From the NCBI RefSeq assembly GCF_006345805.1, contig NW_021832248.1:1-64000 (forward strand): a DNA stretch of 64,000 bases. Reading direction: 5' to 3'. Positions 54,415 through 64,000 of this stretch are shown here, in pieces; position 1 is the first letter of the stretch; each line of letters opens with the position of its first letter. This stretch comes from Octopus sinensis (lineage: Eukaryota). The notes beneath the pieces are model-generated. The model was not told the origin of the DNA, searched no databases, and saw only the letters and a list, made by a program, of their open reading frames with translations. The translations under genes and the position numbers were made by a program.

Positions 54415-54580
54415 TATGTATGTATGTATGTATTGTATTATGTATTTATGCTTATATATGCATATATATGTATGCATATGTGTATATATATTTATGTACA
54501 TGCATATAAAACAATATATATATATGTATGTATGTATATGTTTGACTATATATGTGTATATCCATAGACACCCACATATG

Positions 54581-54612
<32 letters not shown>

Positions 54613-54705
54613 CATTTGTATACATATATATAAATATGTGTATATACATATATACATATATATACATGCATATTTATATATATATGTATATATATATATG
54701 TAAAT

Positions 54706-54782
<77 letters not shown>

Positions 54783-55416
54783 CAGAGAGACAGAGCGAAA
54801 GTGGAACAAAGAATGAAATGGCGGGAATAAAAAAAAAACGGACGAATCAGAAAAAAAATAAAATAAAATTTGCATTCGAATACATTTCTTTTTTAAACGT
54901 TGATATGTTGTTCTTGTTGGTGTTGCTATTGATGTTTCTTTGAGGGTTTTTTTTTCCTCTTCATAAGATCTATTCAAATGGTGATATTAGGAATAAAACA
55001 TATATAATGCAATACATGACAAGAACTACTCAACCTGTGTGGTCAAAAGACAAGACAATGCTCTTTCTAGGAATGACATTTATGTCCTATCAAACAAATC
55101 AGCCACTGGAGTTATGTCTGGTCGGGATCCATACATTATGAATGTCATTCATACTGTCTAAACGCCCTTTTTGTCGTCCTTTGTTTGAATTCGTCGTAAC
55201 CCTCTGTCTGACACGCCATGTATAACTCTTTATAATTTTTCGTTGACAATATGTCAATATATATTGTGTACAATACACACACACACACACACACAGACAC
55301 ACACACACGCACTCACACACCAACGTATATGCATACATACTAATGTGTACTATATGCGAATATATCTATCTATTTATGTGTGTGGTGTGTGTGTGTGTGC
55401 TTACGTGTGTATACAC

Positions 55417-55447
<31 letters not shown>

Positions 55448-55754
55448 TGAGAAAGTGTGATATGTGATATAAATGTATACATATGTCTTCATTTATACAC
55501 ACACACACACACACACTCACATACACACACGCACGCACACACACACACATATATATATATATATGCGAAGCAGGACATTAACGAGGTGGACACGTCGTAC
55601 GTGTCACGAAGATTTTAATTCATATAGATCTCAGTCAAACTGCTATTAAATATGTGTTTGACTATATAACGCACGATATATATTATATATATATATTATA
55701 TTATATATATATATATATATAGATTATAATATATATATACATATATATATATAC

Positions 55755-55786
<32 letters not shown>

Positions 55787-55788
55787 AC

Positions 55789-55820
<32 letters not shown>

Positions 55821-55943
55821 TACATATATATATATACACATATATATATATATATATATATAATATATATAGATATTATATATATCTATATTATTATATA
55901 TACATATACATATATATATATATATAACATATATATATTATAT

Positions 55944-56025
<82 letters not shown>

Positions 56026-56030
56026 CATGC
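53620..56030. repeat. Cluster of TA/CA/TACA/GA microsatellites with short unique spacers
   Basis: Direct reading. Confidence 0.85.
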
Positions 56031-56099
56031 AACAGATTTTGAGTGTGAATATATGTATATATACCAATATTATGCATATACACATATTTCGTACCAACA

Positions 56100-56900
56100 T
56101 AGGAAATGATTTTCATATTTTCCCATTATACCCTCAATGGTTTCCAGTTGAAATTACTTACCAGGCAGCTTTTCTCGTCGTAGTATGTATCTCAGTTTCT
56201 CTAGCTTGGTCTTCAGGTAATTACTCACGTTTCTGAGATCTTCAATAATTATATTTTTAAAGTTATAGTTCGAGAAGTGTAACTGCAGATTACCTCATTA
56301 CCTTGTCATATACACCTACTTAGTAACCTGTTGGCAAACTGATTTTCACTACTGTGCACAGTTTCTCATTTTTTTTTTTGACGTTGATAATTATTTCTAC
56401 CTGTTATACGTCCATTTTCGGAGCTCTAGACGAGAATATTCCACCGGCATTCCTTTCCGTCAGGAGTGATTATATATTCCAAACCAATGTAACATATACT
56501 CATTACTTCCTGCACTCATCTAAAATCTTCCTGACTTAAATCAATTAAGTCGCTGGTGCCAGTTGTTCTTTCCTTATTGGTAGCACTATTGTTATTTTTT
56601 CCTTCATTCAACGATATTTTGATTAGGTGATCATGCATTTTCATACCATGATAATGGATCGTAATGTGATGAAATATTGGGATATTACACATGATGTCGG
56701 TGATATATTCATTTTTAATTCCACAATGTCTGCATTGCTTGTCGCATTTAGATCGTTTATTTCCATCTCCATTCCATTTTTGCATCATGTACTTTTGTCG
56801 TTATTTCTAGCTTCTGGGTTGCACTAATTGATCCTTGAAAATGATCAATCTACTTCGGTTATTTATGAAGCTATCACTTGAAAGATTTTTCAGCAACATA
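56100..56900 (-). pseudogene. Very old REL-type LINE C-terminal remnant
   Basis: KQCRHCGIKNEYITDIMC..MHDHL resembles the CCHC knuckle of R4-type elements. Confidence 0.4.
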
Positions 56901-57559
56901 GCTATGGATGAATTTCTGCGGTCATACATAGAGTTGTGTGACTTCGTGGGTGTGTGACCCTGGTCATGAGACAAGGAATACTTTCCAAGTTACTCCTGTC
57001 TATCTCGCATGATATCCCGTAAGTCATGACTGCAGACATCATGCCTTAATGCACTTCGAAATTTGCTATTATAATAGATGGTCTCAAAGGACAAGTGACG
57101 CAACTTTTGAAGTCAGTTTAAATAGATATTAAGTCCCTGCCAATTTGTTTCTATTTTAAACAAAGAACAATTTCACTGTCCATATAAATATTTATGATGT
57201 TGATTGTTTTCAGCATGAGCCATTAATAGATCTGAACCTCAGCTAACATCCACCCAAGCTGATCAAATGTTAGTAGGCGTACTCAGACAGGGGACACGTT
57301 CTGGGTTACTGAGATATTGACTGGGGAAAGTTCTGAGGATCATGTTTCAGAGATTTAATATGTAGGAGTAGGTTGAGTATATATTCGCACTCATATGTGT
57401 ATACACGTGTCTCTTTAATACACGAATGCGTCTGATTAGTTTTTCTGTATATATGGATATAAGACATTTGCACATTCGTGACACTGTGAGTGTGTGTTTG
57501 TGTATGTGTGTGTCCGCGCATGCGTGTGTGTGTTTGCATGTGTGTGTGTGTGCGTGTGT

Positions 57560-57604
<45 letters not shown>

Positions 57605-57605
<1 letters not shown>

Positions 57606-57767
57606 CTAGCGTAGCTAGAGTGTGTGCCGACCAGGGCGGCCCTTCCGTTTATCGCCCCCGGACCCCAGAAAAAACACATATTGCAAACAGCAGATCCGAA
57701 GTGGTGCCCCTTTAAAAGTGCCGCCTGGGGTGGACCGCTTCTTCTACCCGGCACTAGCTACGTTAGT
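57605..57767. mobile_element. Small MITE in (GT)n
   Basis: TIR ACTAGCGTAGCTAG / CTAGCTACGTTAGT. Confidence 0.55.
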
Positions 57768-57813
57768 GGCGCGCGTCTGTGTGTATGTGTGTGTTGTGTG
57801 TGTTTGTGTGTGT

Positions 57814-57874
<61 letters not shown>

Positions 57875-58004
57875 ACATTACGTTTAGATTTATGTTCTTC
57901 CAAGAATTCAAGCCGGCCATTAACAATGTAACAATGCTTTTTTTTAATATTTCAATCACGTCAATTTCAGAAATATTTTAACATGTGTGTCATTCTTATA
58001 CATA

Positions 58005-58404
58005 TATGTAAGTGCATATGTAAGTGTACATGTAAGTGTATATGTAAGTGTACATGTAAGTGTATATGTAAGTGTACATGTAAGTGCATATGTAAGTGTA
58101 CATGTAAGTGCATATGTAAGTGTACATGTAAGTGTATATGTAAGTGTACATGTAAGTGTATATGTAAGTGTACATGTAAGTGTATATGTAAGTGTACATG
58201 TAAGTGTATATGTAAGTGTACATGTAAGTGCATATGTAAGTGTACATGTAAGTGCATATGTAAGTGTACATGTAAGTGCATATGTAAGTGTACATGTAAG
58301 TGTATATGTAAGTGTACATGTAAGTGTATATGTAAGTGTACATGTAAGTGTATATGTAAGTGTACATGTAAGTGTATATGTAAGTGTACATGTAAGTGTA
58401 TATG
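58005..58404. repeat. 12-bp minisatellite TGTAAGTGYAYA with 24-bp higher order
   Basis: About 33 units. Confidence 0.95.
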
Positions 58405-59784
58405 TGAATCTATTTCCACTCGTGTGTCGGGTGTACACGCTTCTTTAGTACACAATGGGTGTGAGTACTTCTCACGTATGTGTGTGCCACATGCAGATGG
58501 ATATACGATGGCGTGCATATGTTGATTACAGCAAACACAAATGCTGAAGATTTTGCGAGGATTTACAAACCGTCTTTGTAACACTTATCGATTGTATGTG
58601 GAAGATGTTCACATTTCTTTGTTGTTTCTTAGAAAAACAGCATTTCGAGGTTTTTATGAATTTTTTTGTTACATAACTCAACGAAAATAACAAATGAGGC
58701 TACAGAAAGAACACAAGGACTGTTAAGTTCTGCTTTAGCAAACCATAGATGTTTTTCTTTTTCCATAACTTTAAATAAGACACTTTACAATCTGCTATGC
58801 AGCTGTATGTATGTAAGTTTAAATGTATATTTACATGTATGTACGTATGTTTGTATGTATGAAAGAATATGAATACGGTTATTGTAAATGTATTCTGGTA
58901 TAAAATTCGCTATTCGCTAACTTCGCATATTTGTGAATGTATAGCTGTGCATGTGTAAGAGTGTGTCTCTCTTTATATATGTACCTTTGTTTTGTGATTG
59001 ATTAGTTGTGCATGTGTGAGAGTGTGTCCCTCTTTATATATGAACCTTTGTGTATATGCGTTTGAGTATATGTATGTGCTGCTTATGTATATACATTCTT
59101 CATATCTGCATTCTGTGCAATATGAGTATATAATCTTATGTTGCACGTAGTCTAGAAAATCTATTACTTTATTCATATCCAATTGCGAGTGAGTAACTAA
59201 CAAATGAATCTATCCACCGAGATGGGAACAGGTATCTAGAAGATAAATGACCGTACCGGAGGAAATGACATTACTATAAATTTTACAAGTGTTTCATTAG
59301 ATAACAGTGCTGAGAACAACATATTTTGCAAATACACACAAAAAAAAATTCCGGTACTCCAAAATAAATCTGGAAAGGATACTGTTTACAATTTTTTTTT
59401 TTTAACCGCGTTCGAGAGGTTCAAAGACTAAAAACACAGACAGTAATAAAGCATCCATCATCGCCCTCTAAAATTGTATCAAGAGCAACTATCATAATAG
59501 CTTCAGTCATCCTTGCCATTGTCTCCTAACCCGAGCGCAAAGTGTGATAGCTTGTACATGTACATCTGCTCAATGAGTCAAATACATCTAGATCTAGACC
59601 AGATGAGAATGTTCGGCGTCATGCTGAGATTTCCGTCTTTTCCCAGGGTCTACTATTGACAAGTGACTCTTTGTTAACTGAGCGAACCGATAACCGAGGC
59701 CGATTTTAACGGCTGGTTGAAACCAAACCACCACGCTAACGATCATAGTGCCATCATTGAGCAAGCAATATTTTAAGTGCGGCT

Positions 59785-61275
59785 AAGGAGGAGAGCTGGC
59801 AGAAACGTTAGCACGCCGGGCGAAACGCTTAGCGGTATTTCGTCTGCCGTTACGTTCTGAGTTGAAATTCCGCGAGTCGACTTTGCCTTTCATCCTTTCG
59901 GGGTCGATAATTAAGTACACAGTTATGCACTGGGGTCGATGTAATCGACTTAATACCTATGTCTGTCGTTGTTTGTCCCCTCTATTTTAGCCCCTTGTGG
60001 GTAATAAAGAAATAGGTATTTTCGTCTGGCGTTACGTTCTGAGTTCAAATTCCGCCGAGGCGACTTTGCCTTTCATCCTTTCGTGGTCGATAAATTAAGT
60101 ACCAGTTACGCAGTGGGGTCGATGTAATCGACTTAATCCGTTTGTCTCTCCTTGTTTGTCTCTCTGTGTTTAGTCCCTTGTGGGTAGTAAAGAAATAGGT
60201 ATTTCGTCTGCCGCAACGTTCTGAGTTGAAATTCCGCCGAGGTCGACTTTGCCTTTCATCTTTCGGGTCGATAAATTAAGTACCAGTTATGCACTGGGGT
60301 CGATGTAATCGACTTAACCTATGTCTGTCGTTGTTTGTCCCCTCTATGTTTAGCCCTTGTGGGTATAAAGAAATAGGTTTTTCGTCTGCCGTTACTTCTG
60401 ATTCAAATTCCGCCGAGGTCGACTTTGCCTTTCATCCTTTCGGGGTCGAAAATTAAGTACCAGTTATGCACTGGGGTCGATGTAATCGACTTAATACCTA
60501 TGTCTGTCGTTGTTTGTCCCCTCTATGTTTAGCCCCTGTGGGTAATAAAGAAATAGGTATTTCGTCTGCCGTTACGTTCTGAGTTGAAATTCCGCCGAGG
60601 TCGACTTTGCCTTTCATCCTTTCGGGGTCGATAAATTAAGTACCAGTTACGCAGTGGGGTCGATGTAATCGACTTAATCCGTTTGTCTCTCCTTGTTTGT
60701 CCTCTCTGTGTTTAGTCCCTTGTGGGTAGTAAAGAAATAGGTATTTCGTCTGCCGCAACGTTCTGAGTTGAAATTCCGCCGAGGTCGACTTTGCCTTTCA
60801 TCCTTTCGGGGTCGATAAATTAAGTACCAGTTATGCACTGGGGTCGATGTAATCGACTTAATACCTATGTCTGTCGTTGTTTGTCCCCTCTATGTTTAGC
60901 CCCTTGTGGGTAATAAAGAAATAGGTTTTTCGTCTGCCGTTACGTTCTGAGTTCAAATTCCGCCGAGGTCGACTTTGCCTTTCATCCTTTCGGGGTCGAT
61001 AAATTAAGTACCAGTTACGCAGTGGGGTCGATGTAATCGACTTAATCCGTTTGTCTCTCCTTGTTTGTCCTCTCTGTGTTTAGTCCCTTGTGGGTAGTAA
61101 AGAAATAGGTATTTCGTCTGCCGCAACGTTCTGAGTTCAAATTCCGCCGAGGTCGACTTAACCTTTTATCCTTTTGGTGTCCATGAATTAAGTTCCAGTT
61201 GTGTACTGGAGTTGATCTAATCGACTGGCTCCTTCCCCCGCGAAAATTTTGAGTTTTATGCCTAAAGTAGAAAAG
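59785..61275 (+). mobile_element. Nin-SINE multimer: one head plus eight ~184-bp units
   Basis: Units start at 59835, 60016, 60199, 60377, 60557, 60741, 60925 and 61109; 18-bp TSD at 59767-59784 and 61276-61293. Confidence 0.9.
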
Positions 61276-61468
61276 AATATTTTAAGTGAGGTTCTATAAT
61301 ACTTAAATTTATTTAATTTCTTCTGGTACAACTGCATTGAATAGGTGTCTTAAATGCCCACGATCCGATAACATAAAATATACAAGAATACAATATAAAA
61401 GCATGCATACACATATGTCTTTGCATGTGCGTGTATATATATACATATTTCTGTGTGTGTTTGTGGGT

Positions 61469-61508
<40 letters not shown>

Positions 61509-62331
61509 TGTGTAGACATATAAATATATCACGTATATCCACATACATATATGAATATGAATATATAACAGATAATGATACATAATATTGATCCTAATAA
61601 GTACAATAACAGAAGGAGGTGGAGGAGGAATCGAAGACTAGCGACGATAACAGCAGCAGCATAAACATGAGCAGTTAAAAAAATGTGAAGGAAGTCAACA
61701 CCAACAACAAATTATATAAAAACAAATAAGAGCACGAACGTATACGTTAAATGTCGTCAGTATGGACTGTTTGACTATAGGATAGCTGATGTGCTTGTTG
61801 CATAGCCGGTACGGCCTAATACTGAATACCTACACAGCTCTAATGTAGCAGGTGGCTATTTGTATAAGGAAATATGTCACTTATACCAGTAACTGGTATG
61901 AATGCACACCAAAAAGTTGAAGTAGATTCGTTTTTTTGTTTTTAATTTTGGAATAACGAGATCTTATTGAATAAGGAATACGGGAATAAGAAAAGAGAAT
62001 ATCACTGCACCAAATCTATAGGGAAAAAAAACTTAAGTTTAATTATCCTAATTGGCGTGGTTGTGAGGTTACGAAAGTCGTTTTCCAGCCATGTGTTTTT
62101 GGGTTAAGTCCCATAGTGTGACACTTTGGCGAGTATCTTGCTACAATAGATCGGAGCCGAACGTTTACTCTCGTGAGTGCATTTGTTAGCCGAAAAGTGA
62201 GTGGAAACCGTTTGTATATGTATGCGTGTGTGTGAGTGTTTGTGTATACACACACACACACGCACACACACACACACACGCACATATATATATATATATA
62301 TATATAATCTACTTGAACTCTTTGGTGTGCA

Positions 62332-62704
62332 TTCAAAACACTCTAAATATGCATACATACTAACATATATACATACATACATACATACATACATGCATAC
62401 ATACGTACATACTATATACATACATTATATATATATATATAATATATATTATATTATAATATATATATATAGAATATATATAGGAGGGGCATTCCGTCGG
62501 TTACGATGACGAGAGTCGCAGCTGATACGGTCAATGGAACAGCTTGCTCGTGAAATTATGTGTAAATGGCTGCGCACTCCACAGACACGTGTACCCTTAA
62601 CGTAGTTCACGGGGAGATTCAGAGTGGCACAGTGTGACGAAGATGGTACAACTCCTTTTTGCCAGCTGAGTTGACTGGAGCAACGTGAAATAAAAAATAT
62701 ATAT

Positions 62705-62749
<45 letters not shown>

Positions 62750-62864
62750 TGTGTCTATGTGTTTGTCAGGTGGTGCTTTTAAGTTAGACATGGCCTGGGC
62801 CTATACTGGCCGAAACCTATGAAATTTATCAAAGTTATATATAAATGTATGCATACATACATAC

Positions 62865-62897
<33 letters not shown>

Positions 62898-63309
62898 CAT
62901 GTATGTGTGTATCGGCGCAGGCGTGGCTGTGTGGTAAAATCTTGCTTCCCAACTACATGGTTCCGGGTTCAGTTCTACTATAGTGTTTTCTACTATAGCC
63001 TCTGGCCGACCAAAGCCTTGCAAGTGGATTTGCTTGACGGAAACTGGAAGAGGCCCTCGTATATATATATATATATGTATGTATATATATATTTTTTATT
63101 TCACGTTGCTCCAGTCAACTTAGCTGGCAAAAATGAGTTGTACCCTCCTCGTCACACTGTGCCACTCTGAATCTCCCCGTGAACTACGTTAAGGGTACAC
63201 GTGTCTGTGGAGTGCGCAGCCATTTACTCTCTTAATTTCACGAGCAAGCTGTTCCATTGACCGGCGTACAGCTGCGACTCTCGTCATCGTAACCGACGGA
63301 ATGCCCCTC

Positions 63310-63366
<57 letters not shown>

Positions 63367-63437
63367 AATATATAATGTATGTATGTATGTATGTATGTTG
63401 TATGTATGTATGTATGTCATATTTAGAGTGTTTTGAA
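62332..63437. repeat. Inverted duplication (~390-bp arms with a SINE tail) around a spacer holding a SINE A head (62913-63059, +)
   Basis: 62332-62720 is the approximate reverse complement of 63072-63437. Confidence 0.85.
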
Positions 63438-63636
63438 ATTCCTTGATACAGTTATACTATTTGGGAGAAGCTTTTTTCTCAAGAGTTAATATTGCGAAAA
63501 AGACCTTTTAAGAAGTCGAAAGACACTAATGTTTGGAAAAGATATCACAAAATGTGTGTAGGCTTTACCTTATAACCGTGCAAGCACGTGTTAACATCTA
63601 TAAAAGTTGCCTAAACACATTGTGTTGTGTGTGTGC

Positions 63637-63730
<94 letters not shown>

Positions 63731-63789
63731 GTATATTATATATATATATATATATCTATATATATATATATATATATATATACCTGCAT

Positions 63790-64000
63790 GCAATCAAGCC
63801 TTATGCATAGCACTAACGGAAACGCACCTGAAACCGGATATAGGAGATGGCGGAGATTACACATACCACAGTATGCTTACTACTACGGACCGACAGGAAG
63901 AAAGGAGGCATGGAGGTGTTGCTATGTACATCCTTGAGGACCTCACAACACCCAGGTCCTCTTGTCATACTCAAACTCGGTGTTGACACACTAATTGTAC
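63790..64000 (+). pseudogene. Start of an APE endonuclease of a CR1/L2/Jockey-type LINE (frameshifted, runs off the window)
   Basis: CIALTETHLKPDI..TDRQ..RHGGVAMYI. Confidence 0.75.

Noticed and set aside
57956-58584. Long ORFs such as (CKCTCKCI)n or (HLHV)n resembling metallothionein or His-rich proteins
   Set aside because: Open in five frames only because of a 12-bp minisatellite; no gene context
59420-59760. Moderately GC-rich unique stretch as a possible host exon
   Set aside because: No recognisable protein similarity or supported splice pair from sequence alone
59785-61275. Regular repeat with alternating variants resembling a CRISPR array
   Set aside because: Units are 184-bp SINE bodies without unique spacers; eukaryotic context and no cas genes

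Overview
AT-rich, microsatellite-dense eukaryotic DNA. The tRNA-derived SINE families resemble those of Octopus (inference from recognition; no search run). I can support no intact host gene, and nearly all listed ORFs are microsatellite read-throughs. The window is a mosaic of transposons: several SINE families, R4/Dong-type and Tx1/L1-type LINE remnants, a CR1/L2-type endonuclease start, hAT and Tc1/mariner remnants and MITEs, a Helitron, and Penelope-like (PLE) elements. The main signal is about 21 minimal type-I hammerhead ribozyme (HHR) motifs between ~2 and ~32 kb, from several families with different palindromic stem III sequences. They occur in ~540-563 bp tandem arrays, in a 456-bp monomer with a terminal repeat, and in head-to-head foldback insertions, mostly inside (TA)n tracts. 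One pair lies downstream of an inverted PLE GIY-YIG endonuclease fragment. This looks like a PLE/retrozyme-type system. A 184-bp Nin-SINE multimer under one target-site duplication (TSD) and a (TAA)n-targeted Dong cluster also stand out. All folds were read by eye and ribozyme activity is untested.
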